A stretch of 64,000 nt of DNA from positions 36,069,703 to 36,133,702 of the forward strand of contig CP154954.1 of NCBI GenBank assembly GCA_039621445.1, given 5' to 3'. Shown piece by piece: positions 43,701 to 55,596 of the stretch. This stretch comes from Euglena gracilis (taxonomy: Eukaryota). A program made the position numbers and the translations under genes. A model generated the notes under the pieces. It had not been told where the DNA came from. It made no database searches and saw only the letters and a program-made list of their open reading frames with translations. Position 1 is the first letter of the stretch, and every line of letters begins with the position of its first letter.

Positions 43701-45706
43701 ACGTCATTTTTTGGCCGTTTTCGGCCAACATCGGCTGCGCCGGCGCTCCAAAAACGAGCGCTCTGCCCCGGCTAGAGGTTGGCCATCCTTTACCTAGCTG
43801 TTGCGAAGGGCGGCGGGCGGATAGCCGCTATTTTGCCCGCGGCGGGCGTGTGTAAAACGCAGCCGTTACCGCCCGGGAGGCGCAAAATAGCACGTAAGTA
43901 ACGGACGCCCCCAGAAACGTCATTTTTCGGCCGTTTTCGGCGAAATCGGCTGCGCCGGCGCTCCAAAAACGAGCGCTCTGCCCCGGCTAGAGGTCGGCGA
44001 TCCTTTACCTAACTGTTGCGCAGGGCGGCGGGCGGATAGCCGCAATTTTGACCGCGCGGGCGTGCGTAAAACGCAGCCGTTACCGCCCGGGAGGCGCAAA
44101 ATAGCACGTGAGTAACGGACCCCCCCCATAAACGTCATTTTTCGGCCGTTCTGGCCGAAATCGGCTGCGCCGGCGCTCCAAAAACGAGCGCTCTGCCCCG
44201 GCTAGAGGTCGGCGATCCTTTACCTAACTGTTGCGCAGGGCGGCGGGCGGATAGCCGCAATTTCGCCCGCGGCGGGCGTGCGTAAAACGCAGCCGTTACC
44301 GCCCGGGAGGCGCAAAATAGCACGTGAGTAACGGACCCCCCCCAGAAACGTCATTTTTCCGCCGTTTCGGCCGAAATCGGCTGCGCCGGCGCTCCAAAAA
44401 CGAGCGCTCTGCCCCGGCTAGAGGTCGGCGCTGCTTTACCTAACTGCTGCGAAGGGCGGCGGGCGGATAGCTGCAATTTTGCCCGCGGCGGGCGTGCGTA
44501 AAATGCCGCCGTTACCGCCCGGGAGGCGCAAAATAGCACGTACGTAACGGACGCACCCAGAAACGTCATTTTTCGGCCGTTTTCGGCCGAAATCGGCTGC
44601 GCCGGCGCTCCAAAAACGAGCGCTCTGCCCCGGCTAGAGGTCGGCGATCCTTTACCAAACTGTTGCGAAGGGCGGCGGGCGGATAGCCGCTATTTTGCCC
44701 GCGGCGGGCGTGCGTAAAACTCAGCCGTTACCGCCCGGGAGGCGCAAAATAGCACGTAAGTAACGGACGCCCCCAGAAACTTCATTTTTCGGCCGTTTTC
44801 GGCCGAAATCGGCTGCGCCGGCGCTCCAAAAACGAGCGCTCTGCCCCGGCTAGAGGTCGGCGATCCTTTACCTAACTGTTGCGAAGGGCGGCGGGCGGAT
44901 AGCCGCAATTTTGCCCGCGGAAGGCGTGCGTAGTACGCAGCCGTTACCGCCCGGGAGGCGCAAAATAGCACGCCCGCGCAGCCGATTTCGGCCGAAAACG
45001 GCCGAAAAATGACGTTTCTGGGGGCGTCCGCTACTTACGTGCTATTTTGCGCCTCCCGGGCGGTAACGGCTGCGTTTTACGCACGCCCGCCGCGGGCAAA
45101 ATTGCGGCTATCCGCCCGCCGCCCTTCGCAACAGTTAGGTAAAGGGTCGCCGACCTCTAGCCGGGGCAGTGCTCGTTTTTGGAGCGCCGGCGCAGCCGAT
45201 TTCGCCGAAAACGGCCGAAAAATGACGTTTCTGGGGGCGTCCGTTACTTATGAGCTTTTTTGCACCTCCCGGGCGGTAACGGCTGCGTTTTACGCACGCC
45301 CGCGCGGGCAAAATTGCGGCTATCAGCCCGCCGCCCTTCGCAACAGTTAGGTAAAGGATCGCCGACCCCTAGCCGGGGCAGAGCGCTCGTTTTTGGAGCG
45401 CCGGCGCAGCCGATTTCGCCGAAAACGGCCGAAAATGACGTTTCTGGGGGCGTCCGTTACTTACGTGCTATTTTGCGCCTCCCGGGCGGTAACGGCTGCG
45501 TTTCACGCACGCCCGCCGCGGGCAAAATTGCGGCAATCCGCCCGCCGCCCTTCGCAACAGCTAGGCAAAGGGTCGCCGACCTCTAGCCGGGGCAGAGCGC
45601 TCGTCTTTGGAGCGCCGGCGCAGCCGATTTCGCCGAAAACGGCCGAAAAATGACGTTTCTGGGGGCGTCCGTTACTTATGTGCTATTTTGCGCCTCCCGG
45701 GCGGTA

Positions 45707-48700
45707 CATTGCCGTTACCAAAACCTACCCCCACACTCCTAAAAACACACTTGGACCAGATTTGCGCTGACATGCGCGCGGAAATCACCAAATCATGCAA
45801 GGATTTTGTGACAGTCTCATGAACACCGAGAAAACGGTGAAGCAGGATGTCACAAAACTGCAAAATGACATTACCGCGCTATCCGCGCAAGTTTCTGTCT
45901 TGATGGAACAGCCAATGGCTGAAAAAGTCAAAAGTCCGCATTCGGACCAACCCTCCACGCCATCTCCACAATTGGAGGCCATATTCCAGTGCGATGCGCA
46001 CTTTGGTGACAAGAGTACAGGAATTGGACACTGGTTCTGGTGCAATTTCGCACGATTTTCAGTCAATTTCTGACAAAATCCCGCTTTTGGATGAGCTACC
46101 CTCATACCGTAGGCGGATTAAGCGTTTGCAGGATGATGTGGGTCGGATAACCGACAATTGGCAGGTTGTTGACCATTTGGAGCAAAGTGTGCATGAATTT
46201 GCAACAACTTTGGACCAAATTCACGCACAATTGTGTTCCATCCACCAAAACCCGCAATCGGGTATGGTAGGCACACTTGCAGCATCTTCCAGCTCCAAAA
46301 GCGCTATTCGCGCACCAATTCCCGAGTCAACAGGCACATTGCCACCAAATCGCGTTTTCGCTCATGCGGTGGTTCTCCCACTAGCATTACCAGTCCCAAT
46401 GGACGAGTTTTTGGATGATGAGTCGGGTTTTCAAGCGAAAACCAGACACACCCCCTCTTAAATCAAGAGATTCGGGAATTCGAACTTATTCGTGGTATGA
46501 TCCGCACCCCCACACCAGGTATTGGTCATACCTCCCAAATTCGCTTAGTAGCACCAATGGTGCAACCATGTGATACCTCACCCCCACATGCGCAACCGCA
46601 TCACCATTTGCGCAATCGCGATTCCCCAAATTGGCATGGTACCCATGGTACACTAAGTGGTATGTTCCACGCGCAATCGCAAAATAACCCGAACAATACC
46701 CTTGGTGTAACCACCGGAGTACCTGCAAATGGTGCGATTTCGCACCCGGGCCCACACCCTTGGAATACCACCGAAGGGCCACGGGTTTCTCAGAACGATT
46801 TCAAAGGCACCATCGCGATAGCGAACAAGGTGAAATTACAATGGGACGGTGACCACACAACATGGAAACAATTTTTCCACGATTGGGAATATTACTGGGA
46901 TTTGAAGGGACCCACCCAAGATGACAACCCGGAGGTAATCAAGATGGAATTCATCAATCGCCTCCCCAGGGATGAAAAAGAACGCGCCAGACAATTGGTT
47001 ATTGGCAGGCGCATTTCTTCTGAAGAATTGGTCGAGCAATATGCTTCCTCGTGCTCCAGTTTGGTTTCGAGAATCAGTCTGGAAAACAAATGGCGCCAAT
47101 TCACCCCCCCGGACCGCAAATGGATGTCGATAGACTTGTGGTACTCCAAGTGGCTTGCATTAGCAGCCGAGGATGAAAGAGTTCGGGGAAAAGCAAATCA
47201 AAGAACAATTTGACGCGGTATTACTGCGCTACATCCCCAAACTCATCAAGGAAATTCACCGCGAGGAACTCGCGGGACACATTTTGACTCTCGATGAGAG
47301 ATGTAATTATATTTCCAAACAAATGAAGTTATCACAACTTCTTGGACTGATTGAATCGGCATATCACCACCACCCTACCGCGGGTGTACCCACCGGTTCA
47401 GTCCATGCAGTCCAAAGGACTACCTCCCCTAAATCACCAAAATCACCATCGAGTGATTCCAAAACGCGCTATCCGCGCTCAAACCCCAAATCCCCGACAC
47501 GGGAATCCAAACCGCTCTATTCGTGCTCTTCTGACCAAGTTTCGGACAAATTGTGCTTTTTGTGTAATCAACCGGGACAATTGTCTTGCGAATGTCCGAA
47601 CCCCCAAACGCAAAAGCGCAGTAGTAGCCCCCGAGGATCCCTCTCTTCCTGGAGTTCGCGTTCCTCACGATCTGCGCATTCGCAGCGGTCGGGATACCAA
47701 TCGGGTGATGGAAGACCGCGTTCCCGTTCACCCCACCGCAATAGCGGACGTGGTTTTATACCGCGTGGTCGGTCCCCCCGCCTACGCGCAATCGGGATTC
47801 GAATCGCGATTCTTCGCGATCTCGGTCGCGAAGTGGGTCATCCTCTTCGCGATCCGACCGCGGTCGAGCGGATAACCGCTCCCCGCGTCGGTATGATGCC
47901 AAAAGGCAATCACATTCGCGAAACGGTTGTTCCCTTTGTGGGTCTAAAGACCTCCATTCATCCAAGTGCCCCCGTTCCCGCTCTCCCCGCCCTAGCCATG
48001 GTCGTCGCGATTACAATCGCGGTTCTGCCAATAGGCAGCGGGTTGGTTTCAAAATATTCCTCTATCGAGGAAAAAGACCTGGCTTCTGGCAGGGAGGAGG
48101 ATGAGAGCACCGAGGATGAGCTGGTGGAAGATAGGAATGCCAGTCGCGCGATACGCGCAATTTATTCTAGGAAGTCTACCATAGGCCAAAAGACCGACTC
48201 CGATATGGAGTGGGGGAGCCCGAGGTCTGAGGGCACGGACCTCTGGGCTGATGAACAGATGGAGGTAGGAACTGATCACCCCTGCCCCCCCTTCCCATCC
48301 GTCTTTTTGGTCGGTACCCAGAACATTTTCGGGTCCCCCACTCCCCGCGCCAAGTTTTTGCATGGAATGTTGAGCAAAGTAAGCCAAGGGTCATGGAACA
48401 GTTGGCGCAACAACAATTTTACACCCGACCCTTCGCTTTGCGTACCCCCCATGGAACTTTTGGTCCAAGCGAAAATCAAAACTCAAAATTTCTGTGCACA
48501 AGCCAAAATTTTAGTCGACGCAGGGTGTCGAATCTCCCTTCTTTTCCGCAAAGGACTTATACCCACCCCCCTCTTGGTTCATGCCAAGAATCCCATCAAA
48601 ATTATGACTGCAGACAACAGCCCCATGTGCGGTGGTGACTTGGGATGCATTTTGGACATAGTCCTCCCCATTATCCCGAAGCACCACACACAGCCCCCAC

Positions 48701-51700
48701 AATTCCAAAATCTTCTGGGTACTTGGGCATTCGAGGCGAATATCGCCGGTTCAGATGTCATACTCGGTTTTCCGTTCCTCCGGCAACGCCGACTGGTGGT
48801 GGATTGTCCTTCGCACGGTTTGCGCACTACCCCCCGCACACACACCACACCCCCGAACTTGTTCCCCGTGACATCCCCCAGGATGTCCCCCCGCATTTCC
48901 ACAACGTTTTCAACAACCGAAAACACCGTTTCCTACCCTAGGGGTAAAGAGAAAGCTGCCCCCCTACCCACCGCACTTTTACCGCTCGTTTCCCATGCGG
49001 TAGGGAAAGCCAGTAGCTTAACCCCGCACGTTTCGCTGGGTTCCCAGGCGAAAGCCCAAAGGCCTGAAGAAATTTCGGTGTCAAGTAGCCGCCCAGCTAA
49101 ACAACTTTTACGTTTTTCACCAGGTGTGTCGATTTCAGACACCCCTATACACCCCCCAGCAGCTACCCCAACCGACACCAACTTATGCACCGACACCCAC
49201 ACAAACGCGCACCACTGGCACCAACCCTCCTACCAATGCGCTCACTGTTCGGAGAATCTCCGCTTACGATGATTTTGATTGTGGATCTCTAGTTGAAACT
49301 TCCAAACTAATCCGATTGGATCCCGCAACCGGGAATTCCCCCCCCCCTACACCTGGTAGTGGTACCTATACACTTGGTACGGATTTAATAGATAACCAAA
49401 AGGTACACAGCCTTGGTACAGGGGGTGATACACCCAGCAGTACACTTGGCAGTTTTTCACAGTTCACAAATCCACTTGGCAGTTTTTCGCAATTCGCGAA
49501 AGGGAGTCAAGCACTACAATGCAAAGGCATAGCCTCTCTCTTCGGATTTGCGCATAGCGCTCCTCATGCGCCTATGGCGCTCTCCAACACCCCCGCGCAT
49601 ATCGCGCTTGCCGCACATAGTGCGAATACCGCGCATATCGCGCATTCCGCGCTATCGCGCAGCACCGATGACCGGGTATATGCCCAACCCCCCCCATGCA
49701 CCACCTGGATTCAGTCCTACGGACACGTGTGTGGATGATTCACAATTCCGTTGTTCTGTGTTACAGCGTGTTCCCCCGCTTCAGGATGTTGAGCTGATCT
49801 CCAAGTACACCAAGATTACCTGGAATGCTTCTCATTTTGGTCAATATCGAATTTTGAAACATTAGTTTTCAAAAATCGCCGATATGGCGGATTCATTTGA
49901 TTTGACCTTGGAAATTGACACATTCTCCTCCGACGCTTATTCGCGATTACCGCGACATTGGTGGCAACATTCTAACGCTTTTGATAAGTTTTGGGGAGAC
50001 ACTATCCTCTGGATGCATCCCGCCCTAAAACTTATGCCGCTTGTTGTAGATAAGATTTTCAAGGATCAAGCGCAAGCGCGAGGCGCATTACTTGTTCCTG
50101 TGAATCCCGAAGCGGAATGGTTTCAAAATTTGACTTATGTCACATTTTATTGGTGGGACCTACCAAACGATGTTCCTCTATTCGAGGATTTCCGTGGTGT
50201 GGTATTACCACATTTTCAAGAAATCATTTTCCGTGTCTGTTTCTTTGATGCTTTCCATGTTTCTCAATCTCCACCCCTGAATGTTAGTGTACTGGATCAT
50301 ACCGACCATGTGAGAGCCGATACGGCTTTTATCCACAATGCCGATAGGCATCACCGTTCTGCCCCCCCCCCTATGGTTGATATGACCCATAAACAGGTTT
50401 CCGCTGTCATTGAAAGTGCAGGACAGCTCCCTAATTCAGCAGAATTTTGTACGCGCATCAGTCGCGAATTTTCTGGTGTTTTGGAAAATCCAGTTTACGC
50501 TTGCGATATAGATCCCGCTATTCGCGGACCTTTTGGAGTTTGTAAGATCGAGCTTAAGGAAGGGGCAAAGCCAATGCATCGGAAATTTTTCCGTTAGTCA
50601 GGAGAAAGAGAGATAGCTCTCAATGAAATGATTGAAAAGCTCATAGAGCGGAAGTGGATCATCCCTTCCAAGAGTGAATGGACCTCCCAAGCTTTTGTGG
50701 TTCCTAAGCCCCCAGACCCATAAGGTCAGAAAAAGTGGAGGCTAGTACTGGATTATCGGTACTTAAGTTCACAGACTAAGGATGACCCATTCCCGTTACC
50801 TCTAATAGAGGACCTCATCACCAAACAAGCGGAAAACCGCTTGTGGTTAATTTTCGACCTGGAGGATGGTTTCCACCAAATGCATCTGGATCCCGATTCG
50901 CAAGCCTACACGGCTTTTGTAACATCCAAAGGTGTTTACCAATGGACGGTTTTACCAATGGGTGTTAAGAATGGACCAGCAATGTTTCAGCGCATGATCC
51001 AATGGGACTTACGGGATTTACCGTTTGTGCTAGTGTACATTGATGATGTTTTGGTTGGTACCCCCCCTCCTTCAACGAATACACACGACAATATTCTCGA
51101 CATTCACTATCGTGATGTTCGCGCGGTATAAGCCGCATTTCCCAAGCATAGACTTTTTGTCAAAGGTGCTAAAATGCACTCATTTCGCGAAACGATAAAG
51201 TTTTGCGGTCACATGGCCAACGCCGAGCGGCGCCTGGCAAACTAGAGGCCATTAAGAAATGGACACCTGAGGTCATTTAAGACCATCACCCATTTGAAAG
51301 GATTTTTGGGATTAGCCCAATATTACGCGATTTACATGAAAGATTTCGCGAAAATAGCGGTACCTCTATCGAGGCAACTCAAAAATTGCGCACCCGAAAG
51401 TACCAAAATCAAATGGGACACAGATATGTGTCAAGCTCTAGAGAGCATTAAAAAGCTAATGCTTGAAAATGTCGTACTCGACATCGCGGATCCCTACAAG
51501 CCTTATGTGTTAGAAGTAGCTGTAGGCGGAGTTCTAAGCCAGCATAACGCGGCTAACGATTTACGCCCTGTGGCATTCTTCAGTAGAAAGCTACAAGGTG
51601 AAGATGGCAAAGGCCAAGTCAAATGGAGTATCCGTGAGAAGGAAACGTACGCAATCGTACTTATTTTACAAAAATTACGTAGCTGGGTCGCCAGTTCCTT

Positions 51701-52659
51701 GGTACAAGTACTGGTATTGACTGACCATGAGAGTCTTCAACACTGGTATACCGAGGATCTGAACAAAGCCATGTCATCCGTAGGCCGAAGATGCCGATGG
51801 CCTAAATTTTTGAGCCAGTTCAACCTAGTGGTTGTATATACCCCTGGCCATACACAAAAAGTAGCAGACCCGCTCAGTCGAGCACCCCGGCATTACCCCG
51901 GTAACCCGGATGAATGTGATTCCACCTTTCATGGAAGCCAAGAGGCTGATGAATTCGCACGTCGCTATGACGCAGCCGACGATATATTGGAGTCTTTTCC
52001 CGTTTCATCGATTTTTCGTTCATTGCCAGTCTCTCCTATACGGGGGAGAAGGCGGCGAGGCCGCACACCTGGTCCCCGTCGCATTACGCGCCTTCCCCCC
52101 TCTTCTTTCGCGAATTAGATTATTCCCATGACCCTGTATATAGCACGATAGTGCACAGACTGCGCAATGGCGAGGTTGTACGCAATTATTCACTTTCCCC
52201 TTTACGGTTGGTTTACCGCGATGATGCGGGATATAAATATTGTATACCCCGTGACTTGGTTGACGAAGTACTTTTGTGTTAACACAACCAAGGTCACCCT
52301 GGGGCCCCCAAACTTCTTTCTTTGGTGGGTCGCGTGTATTGTACAACCCTGAAAGAAAAAGATTTGTTTTCGCGCTGCTTGCAAATTTTGCAACGGTGCC
52401 AAATTTGTCAAGCGGTGAAACCGCGCAGAGGTACCCCCCCTGGTACGCTTGATTTTCTCCCCGTGCCACCTGACATTTTTACGTCCCTCTGCATGGATTT
52501 TCTGTAATTAGAACCTTGCAATCGATCAGACGGCAAAGTTTACGATTATGTTTTTTTGTCGTCTGTGGGATGAGTGGTTACATAGTAGCCATTCCATGCC
52601 AAAAGGCAGGGTCGACCGCGCAAATTTTAGCGCAGACGTTTATGGAGAAGTGCATATGC
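45707..52659 (+). pseudogene. Decayed inverted copy of element 3 gag-pol (5'-truncated)
   Basis: Reverse-complement homolog of ~53752-60771 with many stops and frameshifts; remnants of the knuckle (CFLCNQPGQ), PR (LVDAG), MTase (IDTFSS...WMHPA), RT (YIDD), RH and IN. Confidence 0.92.
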
Positions 52660-52921
52660 TGTGTACCAGGCAGCATTGGACATGGCACTGTGCATAGCAG
52701 CAGACTGCAGAATGTACAATGCCATGTCAGATAGTACTATTCCAAGTTCTTCAATACAAGTTGCAGAATTAGGAATAGCCTATCCTATCTCGGATCTGCC
52801 TTCTCTTTGCACAGGTGGTATTATTGTTTTGTTTTGTGTTTCACAAGCCCAAAAGGGCAAATCAAGGATTTGAAGACTTGAACTCCGATAGGAGATCACA
52901 ACTGTCCAAAATACCAACTGG
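52660..52921 (+). repeat. First 262 bp of the element 4 LTR (inverted copy of 53490-53751)
   Basis: Starts TGTGTACCAGGCAGC at the same integrase junction (...MEKCIC|) as in the other arm. Confidence 0.85.
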
Positions 52922-53751
52922 AGCTGGAAACCACTGGGGTGGGGAGATGCTCAATAGAGCTGAAATTTTGACGTGGGGATGCTCTATAGAGCTTGGGGTA
53001 TACCTGGACTGGAGCATATACGCCTCTTGCAACAATTCATGACAAGTGCTTATCAATTCTTGTAATCAATGAGTGTGTGGTTGCTTGAGCTCTGCATATT
53101 TTTATTTGCAGAAACAAACACAAGAAACCCCAAAAAGTAAGCGAAGGAACAAACTTAGAAGGATGTGGCAGCGTATACTGCCCAGAGCCTCCTGAAGCTC
53201 GTACCTGTGCTTAGAAGTTGGCTTCAAACAGCTCGTGGACGCTTTGTAGCCTATAGGCTCAGCACCACTCACTGTTTGAATTCACCTGTTTAGAAGGGGG
53301 GGGGAGAAGGGGCGTAGGAAAGAAACCTAATCTGCTACCAAGTTTACGTCCCCTGACTCTATTCCCACTGCCTGTCGGCCTACTTACACCCTCCCGTGGG
53401 AACAGAACCAGGAGAGTAACAAAAAAGAAAGTCTTTCACTTAACTATTAGTTTTTATTGCCTTTGGGCTTACGCAGAGCACAAGGCAAACCAGTTGGTAT
53501 TTTGGACAGTTGTGATCTCCTATCGGAGTTCAAGTCTTCAAATCCTTGATTTGCCCTTTTGGGCTTGTGAAACACAAAACAAAACAATAATACCACCTGT
53601 GCAAAGAGAAGGCAGATCCGAGATAGGATAGGCTATTCCTAATTCTGCAACTTGTATTGAAGAACTTGGAATAGTACTATCTGACATGGCATTGTACATT
53701 CTGCAGTCTGCTGCTATGCACAGTGCCATGTCCAAAGCTGCCTGGTACACA
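52922..53751 (-). mobile_element. Element 4 remnant: 5' LTR (53343-53751), PBS TGGTAGCAG (53332-53340), leader and gag start of an element-3 sibling
   Basis: Shares the LTR start TGTGTACCAGGCAGC, the LTR-end/PBS block and leader motifs (gcagcgtatactg, gcctataggc) with 62460-63084; gag start MQSS...LIDY and SSIEHPH resemble MQST..IDY and SSIEQPH. Confidence 0.8.
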
Positions 53752-55566
53752 GCATATGCACTTCTCCATAAACGTCTGCGCTAAAATTTGCGCGATCGAC
53801 CCTGCCTTTTGGCATGGAATGGCTACTATGAAACCACTCATCCTACAGACGACAAAAAAAAACATAATCGTAAACTTTGCCGTCTGATCCTTTGCAATGT
53901 TCTAATTACAGAAAATCCATGCAGAGGGACGTAAAAATGTCAGGTGGCACGGGGAGAAAATCAAGCGTACCAGGGGGGGTACCTCTGCGCGGTTTCACCG
54001 CTTGATAAATTTGGCACCGTTGCAAAATTTGCAAGCAGCGCGAAACAAATCTTTTTCTTTCAGGGTTGTACAATACCCGCGACCCACCAAAGAAAGAAGT
54101 TTGGGGGCCCCAGGGTGACCTTGGTTGTGATAACACAAAAGTACTTCATCAACCAAGTCACGGGGTATACAATATTTATATCCCGCATCATCGCGGTAAA
54201 CCAACCGTAAAGGGGAAAGGGAATAATTATGTACAACCTCGCCATTGCGCAGTCTGTGCACTATCGTGCTATATACAGGGTCATGGGAATAATCCCATTC
54301 GCGAAAGAAGAGGGGGGAAGGAGATTCAGATCGCGTAATGCGACGGGGACCAGGTGTGCGGCCTCGCCGCCTTCTCCCCCGTATAGGAGAGACTGGCAAC
54401 GAACGAAAAATCGATGAAACGGGAAAAGAATCCAACATATCGTCGGCTGCGTCATATCGACGTGCAAATTCATCAGCCTCTTGGCTTCCATGAAAGGTGG
54501 CATCACCTTCATCCGGGTTACCGGGGTAATGCCAGGGTGCTCGACTGAGCGGGTCTGCTACTTTTTGTGTATGGCCAGGGGTATATACAACCACTAGGTT
54601 GAACTGGCTCAAAAATTCATGCCATCGGCATCTTCGGCCTACGGATGACATGGCTTTGTTCAGATCCTCGGTATACCAGTGTTGAAGACTCTCATGGTCA
54701 GTCAACACCAGTATTTGCACCAAGGAGCTGGCGACCCAGCTACGGAATTTTTGTAAAATAAGTACGATTGCGTACGTTTCCTTCTCACGGATACTCCATT
54801 TAACTTGGCCTTTGCCATCTTCACCTTGTAGCTTTCTACTGAAGAATGCTACAGGGCGTAATTCGTTAGCCGCGTTATGCTGGCTTAGAACTCCGCCTAC
54901 AGCATAATCGCTGCTATCGACTTCTAGCACATAAGGCTTGTAGGGATCCGCGATGTCGAGTACGACATTTTCAAGCATTAGCTTTTTAATGCTCTCTAGA
55001 GCTTCACGCATATCTGCGTCCCATTTGACTTTGGTATTTTCGGGTGCGCGATTTTTGAGTTGCCTCGATAGAGGTACCGCGATTTTCGCGAAATCTTTCA
55101 TGTAAATCGCGTAATATTGGGCTAATCCCAAAAATCCTTTCAAATGGGTGATGGTCTTGATGACCTCAGGTGTCCATTTCTTAATGGCCTCTAGTTTGCT
55201 AGGCGCCGCTCGGCGTTGGCCATTATTGAGAATGTGACCGCAAAACTTTATCGTTTCGCGAAATAAGTGCATTTTGGCACCTTTGACAAAGAGTCTGTGT
55301 TTGAGAAATGCGGCTAATACCGCGCGAACATCACGATAGTGAATGTCGAGAATATTCTCGTGTGTATTCGCTGAAGGAGGGGGGGTACCAACCAAAACAT
55401 CATCAATGTATACCAGCGCAAACGGTAAATCCCGTAAGACCCATTGGATCATGCGCTGAAACATTGCTGGTCCATTCTTAACACCCATTGGTAAAACCGT
55501 CCATTGGTAAACACCTTTGGATGTTACAAAAGCCGTATAGGCTTGCGAATCGGGATCCAGATGCAT
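53752..55566 (-). pseudogene. pol: Element 3 RT C-terminal half, RNase H and partial integrase
   Basis: LPMGVKNGP, YIDD, LEVDSSDYAVGGVLSQ, EKETYA, TDHES, VADPLSR, HNQGHPG, SLCMDF; frameshifts and stops near 54040-53860. Confidence 0.9.
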
Positions 55567-55596
55567 TTGGTGGAAACCATCCTCCAGGTCGAAAAT

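Larger units (their letters stand above)
34380..45706. repeat. Satellite B array (GC-rich, ~216-bp unit) with an internal inversion and two insertions
   Basis: Unit ...tttcggccgaaaacggccgaaaaatgacgtttctgggggcgtccgttacttacgtgc...; period 216 (41903 to 42119); + at 34380-42462, - at ~42474-44972, + at ~44976-45706. Confidence 0.95.

Noticed and set aside
34380-45706. ORFs such as MTFLGASVTYVLFCASRAV... in satellite B
   Set aside because: A GC-rich 216-bp unit lacks stops by chance; frameshifts between units are frequent and no domain motifs are present.
20485-45706. CRISPR array or rRNA/5S/spliced-leader gene array
   Set aside because: There are no unique spacers between repeats, and I recognise no rRNA, 5S or spliced-leader sequence.
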